A stretch of 56,479 nucleotides of DNA, taken from IMG/VR virus record IMGVR_UViG_3300035183_000127, positions 1 to 56,479 of that record. One strand, 5' to 3'. The translations under genes and the position numbers were made by a program. The stretch's first letter is position 1, and every line of letters begins with the position of its first letter. Below, piece by piece: positions 34,411-46,000 of this stretch. A model generated the notes under the pieces. It was not told the DNA's origin and did no database searches. It saw only the letters and a program-made list of their open reading frames with translations. This stretch comes from a virus (Duplodnaviria > Caudoviricetes).

Positions 34411-36480
34411 ATGGCTGAAGTCAAGATGCCTCCGGTCCAGACGGAGTACTTCCCTCTGGCAGGTGGCCTGAACGTTGTCGACCCTCAGATCGCTGTCAAA
34501 CCCGGGGTTGCGATTGGTGCATCCAATTACGAGGTTGCGCCCGATGGCGGCTACTCAAGGGTCGGCGGCTACGAGAGGTTCGATGGGAGGCCGAAGCCGT
34601 CTGACGCACTCTTCTCGGTCCTCTTCGCAACCACGACATTTTCTGCAACTGTTACCGTTGGACAGACCATCACCGGTGAAACGAGTGGCGCGTCCGCCAA
34701 GATCATCATCGTTTCTCCAGACTTCAAGTACATAGTCGTCACGAGGCAGGTTGGCAACTTCCAGCTTGGCGAGAACCTTCAAGTCTCGTCCGTAACTGTT
34801 GCAGTAAATGGAATAACGAACACCGCTCTGACGCAGTTTGATGACAACGCGTTCGCTGAGGCTGCGGCGAACGACTACAGGGCAGACATTCAGGCTCCAC
34901 CCGGGTCTGGCCCTGTGCGTGGCGTCTGGTCACTGAAGAATGAGGTGTACTGCTTCAGGGACAACGCGGCCGCGACGCAGTGCATCATGTACAAGGCCAC
35001 CAGTAGTGGTTGGCAGCAGGTGAGCCTCGGGTTCGAACTGAGGTTCAACAACGGCGACACCGGGACGCCGATACTCGACGGTCAGACCGTAACCGGAGGG
35101 ACGAGTGGGGCTACAGGAGTCGTCCGCAGAGTGGTCGTCCAGTCTGGGTCGAACTGGGCAGCAGCAACGCCTTGCTCAGGCCGCCTCATCTTCTCATCCA
35201 TTACTGGGACATTCCAGAACGGGGAAGAGATCAGGGTGTCCGGCGTCAGGCGTGCAACGTGCGTAGGAACACAGAGCGCGATCACGCTGCAGCCGGGTGG
35301 AAGGTTCGAGTTCGACAACTACAACTTCACCGGGAGCGCCGACACCCTCAGGATGTACGGGTGCGACGGCGTAAACCGTGGCTTCGAGTTCGACGGAAAC
35401 ACCTTCGTTCCGATTGAAACCGGGATGACTCAGGACTCACCGAAGTTCGTCAGGTGCCACAAGGGTCACCTCTTCTTCGCGTTCAAGGGGTCGCTTCAAC
35501 ACAGTTCAATCGGTGAACCGTACAGGTGGTCCGTCATCGTCGGCGGAGCATCGGAACTTGGGCTCGGTGACGAGTGTACCGGGCTGCAGGTTGTGCCCGG
35601 CTCAGAGGGGAGCGCAGCCCTGATGGTGTTCTGCAGAAACAGGATCAGGGTGCTCTACGGGAACTCGTCGGCAGACTGGAATCTAGTTGCGCTGTCCGAC
35701 ACGACTGGGGCCCTCCCGTACACGACGCAACTCGTCGTGTCGCCAGTATTCCTTGACGACCTTGGTGTTACGACGTCCGACCAGTCTGCGAGCTTCGGCA
35801 ACTTCGAACAAGGGATCATCTCTGACAAGGTTTCCCCGATCCTGTCCGGGATCATTGCTGACGCTGTCGCATCAACAGTCGTCAGGACGAGGAACCAGTA
35901 CAAGCTCTTCTTCAAGAACGGGTACGGCATCACGGTGACGTTCATGGGAAGACAGACGATTGGCATCATGCCGCTCAGTATGCCGGTTACTGTTAGTTGC
36001 GCATGCAACACGGAGATAAACGGCAAGGAGGCAATACTGTTCGGCGCAACAGATGGGTTCGTGTACGAACTGAACAGGGGAAGGAGCTTCGACGGCGCAG
36101 AAATTAGCGCGATTCTTAAGACGGCATTCAACCACAGCCGCAGCCCAATGACGAGGAAGCGGTACAGGAAGGCTGTCTTCGACTTGAAGCCGACTTCTGC
36201 TTGCGCGTTCTCGATACAACCAGAACTTAGTTACAGTATCGGCGACTCACAGACGCACAATACCGTTGTTCAGTCGGCATCTGGTCCGGGCGGCAGGTGG
36301 GATGCGGCGACTTGGGACTCATCCTATTGGGACAGCAACGACTTCACAAGCATATACGTAAAACTTGATGGCGTAGGGACGAACATCTCGTTCTCTATCG
36401 TCAGCAAGGCGTCGAACGAGTTGCCCCACACCATTCAGGGTGTAACTATCCATTACACCCAAAGACGTTTGGAGAGGTAG
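34411..36480 (+). CDS. Tail nozzle / DNA stabilisation protein (tubular B-like)
   Basis: GGLN...NYE....GY.R..GYERFDG; beta-propeller-like; WD...WD...WD. Confidence 0.8.
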   Translation: MAEVKMPPVQTEYFPLAGGLNVVDPQIAVKPGVAIGASNYEVAPDGGYSRVGGYERFDGRPKPSDALFSVLFATTTFSATVTVGQTITGETSGASAKIIIVSPDFKYIVVTRQVGNFQLGENLQVSSVTVAVNGITNTALTQFDDNAFAEAAANDYRADIQAPPGSGPVRGVWSLKNEVYCFRDNAAATQCIMYKATSSGWQQVSLGFELRFNNGDTGTPILDGQTVTGGTSGATGVVRRVVVQSGSNWAAATPCSGRLIFSSITGTFQNGEEIRVSGVRRATCVGTQSAITLQPGGRFEFDNYNFTGSADTLRMYGCDGVNRGFEFDGNTFVPIETGMTQDSPKFVRCHKGHLFFAFKGSLQHSSIGEPYRWSVIVGGASELGLGDECTGLQVVPGSEGSAALMVFCRNRIRVLYGNSSADWNLVALSDTTGALPYTTQLVVSPVFLDDLGVTTSDQSASFGNFEQGIISDKVSPILSGIIADAVASTVVRTRNQYKLFFKNGYGITVTFMGRQTIGIMPLSMPVTVSCACNTEINGKEAILFGATDGFVYELNRGRSFDGAEISAILKTAFNHSRSPMTRKRYRKAVFDLKPTSACAFSIQPELSYSIGDSQTHNTVVQSASGPGGRWDAATWDSSYWDSNDFTSIYVKLDGVGTNISFSIVSKASNELPHTIQGVTIHYTQRRLER

Positions 36481-36509
36481 GCAGAATCACACAGGCCAAA
36501 GGAAATGAG

Positions 36510-37712
36510 ATGGCTGTACTGAGCAGATACTTGACGCAGGCGGAGGATGGATTCTTTCCGCGCACGATTTACAGGACGGCAAACAAAGCACTCCAGAGTG
36601 GTCAACTTCCGCAGGAAACTAGCACCCAGTCTGGTGGGACGCAAACGAACGACAACCAACTTGCGAAGCCAGCCATTGGGCTGCCAACTTCGCCCGGCAA
36701 CAAGCTTCCGCCAACGACCACTGGCGACCCGAACAAGGTCACGACCGGGCCAGTCCAGAGCACCGGGCCGGTTCCTGATGTTCCAGATTCTGGCGTTGTT
36801 CGACTTCCGGCCAACGAGACGCTACCCCCTCCGCCCGGTCTCACGCTGCCGGACACAACTCCGGCTCCTACTACAACTCAGGGGCAGCCGCCAAATCAGC
36901 TTCCAGCACCGCCGACGATCACTGCGCCACAGGTTACTCCTGCTCCACCTGCGGCGACGGTCAACCCTGTCACAAGGGGCGTCTCGCAGGACGAGACTGT
37001 GGAGAGTCGCCTCGGAGGGCTACTCACTCGCGGGAATCCGCTCCTTGAGCTTGCGGCGACTCGTGCCCAGCAGCAGGCTGCCGCACGTGGACTCTTGAAT
37101 AGCTCAATCGCCGCCGAGGCTGGTCAGGCAGCCGTCATCCAGAATGCTCTCCCGATTGCCGCCCAAGACGCATCCACATACAACAAGGTTCTGTCGGAGA
37201 ACCTGAACTACCTGAATCAGGCTGCACAACTGAATGCGACGGAGCAGAACAAGTTCGGGCTCCAGTCTCAGCAGCTTGCGTCCGACCTTCAGAAGCTCGC
37301 CATGAGCGGCAACATCGAGCTTCAGAAGCAGTACCTGCAGAGCACGTACAACCTCGAAGAGAAGCGCGTCGAGGCTCAGTATCAGCAGCTACTTAGGGCG
37401 TCCGCATCCGCGACTCAGGTCTACCAGCAGATGCAGCAGAACGTCGCCAGCATCATGATGAACAAGGACTTGGATGCTGCCTCGAAGACGCGCCTTGTTG
37501 CGGAGCAGGTTGAGCTTACTCGTGGAGCCCTGCGAGTCATCGGGTCGATGGCTGGAGACATCAACCTCGTCAGCCAGCTTGATGAGATTCTGAAGCCGGG
37601 GACGAATGTTGCGGCTCCGTCTCCGAACGCACCTCCGCCTCCGAATATCCCGCCGCCTCGGCCGTTCTACCCTAACCCGAACGACACCGGAACTGTTGGC
37701 GGCGGCAACTGA
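36510..37712 (+). CDS. Internal virion/ejection protein
   Basis: Pro-rich N-terminus; RGLLNSSIA..A...A....ALPIA.QDA motif. Confidence 0.75.
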   Translation: MAVLSRYLTQAEDGFFPRTIYRTANKALQSGQLPQETSTQSGGTQTNDNQLAKPAIGLPTSPGNKLPPTTTGDPNKVTTGPVQSTGPVPDVPDSGVVRLPANETLPPPPGLTLPDTTPAPTTTQGQPPNQLPAPPTITAPQVTPAPPAATVNPVTRGVSQDETVESRLGGLLTRGNPLLELAATRAQQQAAARGLLNSSIAAEAGQAAVIQNALPIAAQDASTYNKVLSENLNYLNQAAQLNATEQNKFGLQSQQLASDLQKLAMSGNIELQKQYLQSTYNLEEKRVEAQYQQLLRASASATQVYQQMQQNVASIMMNKDLDAASKTRLVAEQVELTRGALRVIGSMAGDINLVSQLDEILKPGTNVAAPSPNAPPPPNIPPPRPFYPNPNDTGTVGGGN

Positions 37713-37729
37713 TCGAATGGAGTTGACCA

Positions 37730-38647
37730 ATGGGACTCGGTAAGTTTCTGAAGAACGTCGTCAAGGTGGTCGCAATCGTTGCGGCCGTCGTTTCTGTCGT
37801 GTCTTTCGTTGCCCCCGTATTTGGGCAGATGGTGACGAGTGCTCTGTCCAGCATCGGGAGCGCGGCCGCGGAGACCGCTTCGCAGTTATTCGCTGGCGGA
37901 GAGGCTGCGGCATCCGCCGCAACGGAGGCAGCAACTGAGGCAGCAGCATCAAATGTAGCGACTACTGCTGCAGGAACTACTGCAGCCACAGGCACGGAGG
38001 CGGCAGCGGCAGACATTGCCGCAATGGCCGACGTTGGCACGAATGCTGCCACGACGCAGGGGCTCACTCAGGCGGCGTCCCAGTCTGTCGTCCCAGCGGT
38101 AGAGTCGTCCGCACAGGCTGCCGCGAACGCGGCGGCGCAGTCCGGCTTTCCGGGGCCGGACGCCTTCGGCGAGGGCCTCGTCTCCCCGTCGACGCAACTC
38201 GTTGCGCCACAGACCCCGATGGTTGCGCCGGAGACGCAACTCGTCAGTAACCCGGGGACTCTGGTCGAAGGGCCCGCCGGTGGGCTGATGCCGGATTCGC
38301 CATCGATGTACGGCAAGTTCGTCTCGGACACGCAGAACGGCGGCCTACTCTCGAAGGCTTGGGAGGGAGCGAAGGCGGTTGGCGACTGGGCTCAAAAGAA
38401 CCAGCTACTGGCGTCCGCCGGGCTCAAGACGGTCGCAGGGATGCTTCAGGAGGATCCGCACAGGGCCCAAGTTAGGGCTCAGATGGAGTACGACGAGTGG
38501 GCCCGTAGGCGACTGAACGACTCCATCAACGGAACGCAGTCGCCGTTCAACGCTTCTGGTCCGCAGCAGCGGCTTCAGTATGTTGGCGGAGCATACGTCT
38601 TCCCGAACACGCCCCAAGGAATCATCAGCCGAAACTTGGCGAGGTAA
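37730..38647 (+). CDS. Internal virion/ejection protein with N-terminal hydrophobic helix
   Basis: A/G-rich, position among ejection genes. Confidence 0.7.
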   Translation: MGLGKFLKNVVKVVAIVAAVVSVVSFVAPVFGQMVTSALSSIGSAAAETASQLFAGGEAAASAATEAATEAAASNVATTAAGTTAATGTEAAAADIAAMADVGTNAATTQGLTQAASQSVVPAVESSAQAAANAAAQSGFPGPDAFGEGLVSPSTQLVAPQTPMVAPETQLVSNPGTLVEGPAGGLMPDSPSMYGKFVSDTQNGGLLSKAWEGAKAVGDWAQKNQLLASAGLKTVAGMLQEDPHRAQVRAQMEYDEWARRRLNDSINGTQSPFNASGPQQRLQYVGGAYVFPNTPQGIISRNLAR

Positions 38648-38650
38648 CCA

Positions 38651-39295
38651 ATGGCAAGGAAACGAAACGTAAGGCAAGACGACGAGGCTGCAGAGGGCGA
38701 ACGTCCCGGCCAGCCGCCGGTGGACGACGAGGCTGCAGAGGGTGAGGAGCCGAGTCAGTATTCGTCCGCCGAAGAGTCAGCGGAGGGCGAGCAACCCGGC
38801 CAGCCTACTGTAGACAACGAGTCTGCCGAGGGTGAGATGAATATCCCGGGTGCTGAGAACTTTTCTCCTGAGCAGCTTGACCAGATCAAGCGCTTCGGCC
38901 TAGCGACGCAGGCCATCCTGTCTACGCCGCCGCACAACGCCGAGATCGTCCAGATGGCGTCATCTGGTGACAAGGGAATCGTCTCCGCAGCGGTTGCGAT
39001 CCTGTCGCTCATCAACGACCGCACCAAGCTGACGAGGGAGACAGTTCCTCTTGCTGCCGTCACGGTCCTGATGGTGCTTGCGGACTTCTTGGTTGCCACC
39101 AAGAGGATGGAGCCCGACCCAAACATCGTCGGAAGACTCATCGGGCAACTGCTTGTGCGCGTAGCAAGCCAATACGGCATCTCTCAGAAGGAGGTGTCGC
39201 AGATGGTCGGCCAAGCTCCAAGCGGCCAGAGGAAGGCCATGAACGCTCAGGCTGCTCAGGGCGGACTCGTTGGGAAGCTTATGGGGAGGTTGTAA
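38651..39295 (+). CDS. Hypothetical protein with acidic repeats
   Basis: Repeated DDEAAEGE/ESAEGE N-terminus. Confidence 0.7.
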   Translation: MARKRNVRQDDEAAEGERPGQPPVDDEAAEGEEPSQYSSAEESAEGEQPGQPTVDNESAEGEMNIPGAENFSPEQLDQIKRFGLATQAILSTPPHNAEIVQMASSGDKGIVSAAVAILSLINDRTKLTRETVPLAAVTVLMVLADFLVATKRMEPDPNIVGRLIGQLLVRVASQYGISQKEVSQMVGQAPSGQRKAMNAQAAQGGLVGKLMGRL

Positions 39296-40044
39296 TGGGC
39301 ATCATCAGTAGGGGGCTCGCTGCTGGCGCATCTACCGCCGCAGACCTGCTTGCGAAGGACTACGAGCGCGGCCAAGATGTTGAAGCCAAGAAGGATCTGG
39401 CTAACTACGAAGGCAACATCAGGCAGAGGCTTCAGGACGCCGTCAACCAGTTCACTCTGGATCTTGAGAATGTGAAGAAGCAGCACCAGTCTGAACTCCT
39501 TCAGCAGAGGAACCAGTTCGAGAAGGATCTTTTGGAAAGGAAGCTGGAACAAGAGGGGCAGTTCCACCAAGATACTGTTGAACTGAAGAGTCAGGAGCTT
39601 CAGCTTCTTGCGGATAGGTTGGCAGCGGAGAGGGCGCATTACGACGCACTCTTCAAACACTACGCGAGCCTTGCCAACGCCCGTATCGTTCAAGGCGACG
39701 ACGGCTTCTCTTACTACATGAATCATGAAGGTAAGATGGTGCCTGTCACAGACGCCAGCGGCAAACCAATCAAGGTTAGTGGGCCGAAAGACTTCCAGAG
39801 TTACGCCGCCCTGATCAAGTCTCTCGTTGATTCCCAAGTCATTACTCCTCAGCAGGCGAAAGATATGATGTCGAGGTTCCTGACTGGTGGCGACCCCGGC
39901 AATGTGCGTACACCTGACGAAATTAATGTAAGTTGGGGCGTGAGTGTTGGCAACGGGAATGGTGGACTACTAGATGCCGTGCGGCGCAAGACCACCAAGG
40001 ACAAACAGACCCCTCCAGAGATTTCTCCGTACATTGCTCCGTAA
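39295..40044 (+). CDS. Internal virion/ejection protein
   Basis: G-rich N-terminus plus Q/E coiled coil. Confidence 0.7.
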   Translation: MGIISRGLAAGASTAADLLAKDYERGQDVEAKKDLANYEGNIRQRLQDAVNQFTLDLENVKKQHQSELLQQRNQFEKDLLERKLEQEGQFHQDTVELKSQELQLLADRLAAERAHYDALFKHYASLANARIVQGDDGFSYYMNHEGKMVPVTDASGKPIKVSGPKDFQSYAALIKSLVDSQVITPQQAKDMMSRFLTGGDPGNVRTPDEINVSWGVSVGNGNGGLLDAVRRKTTKDKQTPPEISPYIAP

Positions 40045-40047
40045 CAG

Positions 40048-43000
40048 ATGGCAAAAACATTCTCCTCGTACGAAGAGTTCAGGGACGCCGTAAGGTCTGT
40101 TCCGGGCCAAGAGAACCTCCCTGAGAGGGACATCGCTGCCCGATGGATGCGCGACTACGACACGCTCACCGGCGCGCAGAACAAGGACGACGAGCCGGGA
40201 GCGTTCTCAAGGGGTTTCCAGCAGACCGTCGTTCAGCTTCCGATGCTGATCGGCGGAACGATCTTCGCAATCGGCGACAAGTATGACCTTGACTCGTGGA
40301 GGGAGTACGGGGCTGACCTGTACCAGCGGAAGTCCGACGAACTCGAGAAGCTGTCCAAAGAGACGGACTCGTTCACAAGGAACTGGGAGCAGGGTAACGC
40401 GCAAGATTGGCTTGAGTTCGCCAAGTATGGGCTCGGGTATACGGCTGGCCAAGCACTCCAATCAGTTGCTACCGGCGGCGTAGGCTCCATAATCGGAAAG
40501 ACTATCGCCAAGAAGGCCATCGAAGGCTTCATCGAGCGCAAGATCGCCGAGAAGGTTGCCTCCGGTATGGCACTCAAGGAGGCCGAGAAGTCGGTAGCGA
40601 GGGAGGCTGCGGCGGCAATGGCCGCCGGAAGGAACATCGGCGCAGCAACGGCCCTGCAGGGGTACAACTTCACTCAGGAACTGGGTGAAATCTACCCAGA
40701 GATGGTTCTCGAAGCCCAAAAGAATGGGCAAGAGATAACAGATGAAGACAGGAACAGGGCGTTCCTGTCTGCCGGTGCCGCAGCGGGCACTGAGACGCTA
40801 GCCGACATAGTCGGCCTAGGTCGGCTCATAAAGGGCGGGAGGGGTGGCTCTTTCCTAGGGAGGGTTGCGAGGGAAGTTCCTGCTGGTATGGCCCGCGAGG
40901 GGGCGCAAGAGTTCGTCCAGACCGGCATCGAGCGGTACGGCAAGGGGCAAGAGGTGTTCTCTCCAGAGGGGTGGAGGGAGATGATAGATGCCGCCGCCCT
41001 CGGAGCGGTCGGCGGTGCAGGCGGCGGCGCTATTGCATCTCTACGCAGTTCCAGCGAAATCTCCACGAAGGCGAGCGACTACGCGAAAGACTCCGTCCTG
41101 AAGGCTGCCATCGAGAAGATTCAGGACGCGCAGTCGACAGATGAGGTTCTGCAGGCAGCCGCTGCTGCGTCTTCGCTTAAAAGCGAAGCTGAGGCGCTTG
41201 ACAGTCAGCAGGCACCCGCCGTTCAGACTCAGCAGCCTCAGTTGGGTACTCAGTCTGAGCAGACTCTCGCTGCGCCTACGACCGACACGACTGAGGCCGC
41301 TCCGGGGCAACCTCTTGGTGCTCCTCCGACAGTCATGACGGAGGTCGCTCCGGGGCAACTTCAGCCTGAGATGTTGGCATCCAGAGAAGGAGTCCGCCCG
41401 CTCTTAACGACCGACATTGCAGGAACCCCAGCCGAACGCATCGAGGGCGCAAGGTTCGAGTCTCCGGAGGCTGCAGAGTCGGCAGCGAGGACGCTCGGCA
41501 CCAGTGAACAGAGGTTCGAGCCGTTCATGACGAAGACCGGTACGTTCGCAATCGAGCGTACCGACATGAAGGATGCAGCCGATCGTGTTTCCCGGTTCGT
41601 CTCCGAGGTGAACGCACAGATCGAGGATCTCAAGGCGAAAGGGAAGTATGCTGGAGAGTTGCAGTCCTTCGACGCCGTCCCTGTGCCTCACGAGATGGTT
41701 CCCGGCGGGTCAATCATCAGCGGCATCGGCAGGATCCTGAGGCGTAAGGTTCAGTTCTTCAGGCAGACCAAGGGTGACAAGACTGTCAACGGTGCCCTCG
41801 GCACAGACGGGACGATATTCGTCAACGTCAAGTCGAAGCACCCTCTGATGCAGGTGTTCTTCCACGAAGCTACACATGCGATGGAGAAGGACACACCGGA
41901 ACTGTACAAGGAGTTCCTGAAGGCGGTTGAACCGTTCATCCCGAAGGCGGAGCTTGATCGCACCAAGAGTACCTATGGCAACCTTGGTGACGCAGTCAAG
42001 GAGGCTGCCGCAAACGTTGCTGGCTCCGTAACCACGAACGAAGGCTTCTGGAAACACCTCGCCCAAAAGAGCCCAAACGGCTTCCGCGCATTCTCGCAGA
42101 AGCTGATGTCAATCCTGAACAGGGTACTTCAGGTTCTTCGCGGCCAAGGTACGCCTATGGCTCGCGTCGCCGAGAAGAAGGTGGCGGAGCTTGAGAAGAC
42201 TGTCGCCGAATACATCTCGCGCTACGAGTCTGTGTTGCGTGGGCGCGAGAAGTTGGCTGAGTACCAGAAGCAGGTCGCCGCGAAGAAGCAGGCGGCAGCC
42301 CAGACCCAGACTCCTGTTCAGAATCAGGAGGCAGTACAGAACCAGCAGTCTGAGCAGGCCAAAGAGCAGCAGAGCAAGTCTACTCAGGAAACTGAGCAAA
42401 CAACCGAAGCAACGAAGTCAACAGAGGAGACTGGCCAGCAAAAGGTTGAGCCGAAGAAGAAGCGGAAGGCCACCAACGTCGTCAGGAAAGCCGTCCCAAA
42501 ACTCTCCGTCGCAAGCGACGAGGAGGCAGAGAATACTCTTGACGAAATCCTCTCAGACCCCAAGAAGCTCGTTGAGGCGTCAGCCCGCGCATTTGGCGAC
42601 AGGCCGACGGAGCAGGATGTCATCTCGACCTTCAACCAGCTTAAGGATTACCGCAGGATCGTCACCGACGGCAGGAAGAGTGACGCCGATATGTCCGTCC
42701 TTGCGGACGCGATCAAGGCAGCATCCAAGGGAGAGAAGGTCAACGTCGAGCCTGCTCAGGAGTCTCCGTCATACAGCCTCGCCACGAAGGAGTCCTTCAC
42801 GAAGGACGGCATCAAGGAGTTGCCGAAGCTTCGTGGGTGGGCCGTCCTGACCGCCGAAGACCCGAACAACCAGAAGGCGTCCGACGAGTACAACAAGGCG
42901 GCGATGGAGTCTCTCAGGGCTTGGCTCAAGGCCGAGGGTGTCGACTACGTGGACGTCGTCGGAAAGTACGACACGATCCAGAACTCCGTCGCAGTCTTCG

Positions 43001-46000
43001 GCGACAAGGTGGACAACAAGTTCGCAGAGCGCGCCCGCAAGAAGTTCGAGCAGCAGAGCGTCCTCATCCCCGAGGGGCTACTGTACGAGAACGGAGTCCT
43101 CGACCCAGCTACCGGCGAGTCGTCCGCAGCGCCGGATGCAGACAACTACTACACGATCCTGCCGGACGGGACGAAGTGGCAGTACGGCATCGACTTCGAG
43201 AACAGGACTACACTCGACGAGTTCAGGAGCAACCCAAGGTTCTCGCTCTCTGAGGACGAGGAGGACGACGGCGTAGAGACGAAGGAGGAGAAGAAGCGCA
43301 TCTTCCGTGCCGCGCTGACCATCTCGTCCAAGCTCAAGTACAAGCCAATCGAGGAGTACTCTCCGGCTGCTGCGAGGCAGCTTGTCAAGCGCATCAGGAA
43401 GATCGTCGACGCAGAGTTGGCCACCGGGAAAGGTGCGGAGCATTGGTACCGTGACGACCTAGCTAGGGCGCTGTGGGCAGCGGCTGCAGCGTACCCTGAG
43501 ATCAAGACGAACCCTGAAGCTAGGGGCGCGTTCATTGCGGCTCTGGCGATCACAAGCAACGGCCTCTCAATCGACAAGAACGTAGCCGCAGCGATCAAGG
43601 TGTACGAAGGTTGGAAGGAGACCGGCGAGCTGCCACAGCTTGAGTTCGGCGTCAGGGGCAAGGTAATTGCCAGCAACCTCGGGATATACAACGCCATTGT
43701 CGGCGACCTTGGGTTCGAAGGCGCTCAAGAGTTCCTGTCGTCCAAGATGACGGTGAAGGAGGTGCTGATTTACGCCACAGGCGTCAAAGGCAGCATCCAG
43801 ATGCCGATGGGGATGGAGGTGTACGGCAGCGCAATCTTTGGACCCAAGATCGGCCACGGGTTCTATTCCAACCTGTCTGGCAGGCTGGATGCGCTGACTG
43901 GAGACAGGTGGTTCTGGAGGACGTGGGGGAGGATCACGAACACGCTCATCAGGAAGAAGGGGTCCGGCGAACAGGTGCTCGCCGAGAATAAGCTGAGGGC
44001 GTCTGAGCGAGAGTTTGCTCAGTACGTGATGGAGAAGGTAGTCGAAGAGTACCGCGCCGAAGGGAAAGACCTGACCGTTGCGGACGCTCAGGCTATCCTG
44101 TGGTATGCTGAGAAGAGGTTATACGACAGCTTAGGGGCCGCATATGAAAACGCCAAACCAACAAGCTACTCAATCGAAGTCGAACGTTGGCTCGACGCCA
44201 ATAAACCCGGTTGGAGAGCTAATGCAGGCCCGGAACCTAGAGGGGGACGAGCCCTTGGTGACCGGGTTCAAACCCGGGGGGCTCAAGAAGCTACTCGAAC
44301 TGATCAGGGCCCGGAAGAAGGAATCCCCTTCTCCCTCTCTGCCGGACCTTCAGAGCCTGCCGTTCGATCCGGCAGAGGGGGCCGACCGGACTCCGTAGAG
44401 GTCACCGGGATCCACTACGGCAGGGCCAAGGTTCCGGCCCTATCTGGTTCGTTCTTCGGGCGCGGCATCAAGGGTGAGGAGCAACGGAGGGTTGCTGCCT
44501 CTACCGACCCACGTATCAAGCGCCGCATCTACTTCTACATCGCCGAAGGGTCCGGCAGACCTCCAGTCCCGGAGGAGGGGCTCGGGCCGTGGGTCTACAG
44601 GACCAAGCTCGGCAACCTGTGGGAAGCTGGCGTCAGCCAGCCGCTGACGTACGACACCAAGTCGCGCGACGGGTGGCCTGTCAGCCAAGGCGAACTGCTG
44701 AACCGGTTCGAGTCTGCAGTCCTTGACGCAGGGTACGACGGCTACGTGAACCGCGAACGCGGCGTCGCCGTCGTCATGAACAAGGACGTCCCCGTAGAAC
44801 TCATCGGCAACCGCGCCGAGGGGCCTGTGAAGTTTTCCCTCTCCGGCGACACCATCGAGGTCGACGGGAAAGTCCGCCAGAGGCGCAACAGCGAAGGAAT
44901 GCTTATCCACCCGACGGAGGAAGGCATCAGGAACTTCTGGAAATGGTTCGGAGACAGCGTAGTCGTTGACGACGAGGGTCGCCCCATCGTCCTGTACCAC
45001 GGGACTACGTACGACTTCTACGAGTTCAAGTCTTCGAAGCTGAGCCCGTCGTCCAACATGGGCAAGGGGTTCTACCTATCGAACAACGTGGAGGACGTAA
45101 ACGAAAACTACGCCTCAGAGGAGGGTCCAGACCTCCGGATGAAGATTGACATCGCCCTCGACGATGAGGCGTACAAGAGGGGCGTCAACGTAGAAGACCT
45201 TCCGAAGAGCGTAGTCAGGAGGATAGAGAGCAGGTTTATCAAGCACGGCGGCGTAATCATGCCTGCGTACGTCAGGATGGTGAACCCTGCTGTCATTGGT
45301 GGGCCAGAAGAGACCGTCTTCTCGTCCGACCCGAACAGCAAGCTCAGTGTCAAGAGGCTTGTCCACAACATCATTGAAGCCTCCGGAAGATTCAGAACCA
45401 GCCCAAACCTGTACGGTGCCTTGACCTACCTCCTCCCGGTAGACAGGGACATCACTCTGTCTGAGGTGACGAGGACTCTGTTCAACAGCGGCGACTACAG
45501 GTACGTGTTCGACAGGAACGGCAGCCCGGTACCCGGGGAGGTTCTGAGGCTTGCACTCCAGAAGATGGGGTTCGACGGCGTCGTCGACCACACCGTCTCT
45601 GAAAAATTCCTTGCTATGGCTGGCGTCAGCGGAGGCACGACGCACTACATCGCCTTCAAGCCTGAGCAGATCAAGTCGGCCACAGGTAACGTCGGCACGT
45701 TCAATCCTGCTGACCGCCGGATCGTGTTCTCGCTCGATGGCGCAGACGAGGAGATCGAGGCCGCGCCAGCACCAGAAGACACCTCGATAACCGTCTCCGA
45801 GAATCAGTCACAGAAGATCGGGGAAGACGTCGAGGGATACAGGAAGGCTGCCAACCTCGACAGGGGTAAGGCTGTGCTTCAGGCCGCTGGCCGCAGGTGG
45901 CTCGAAATAGCTGGCAACCGGGCCATATTTTCGTATGGCGACTCCTTCGAGACGACGCTCGACGGCGTCCTGAAGGACATGGGTGGAGACAAGGTCAAGT

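Noticed and set aside
38680-38835. GACGACGAGGCTGCAGAGGG direct repeats as regulatory iterons
   Set aside because: They encode the in-frame acidic peptide repeat DDEAAEGE
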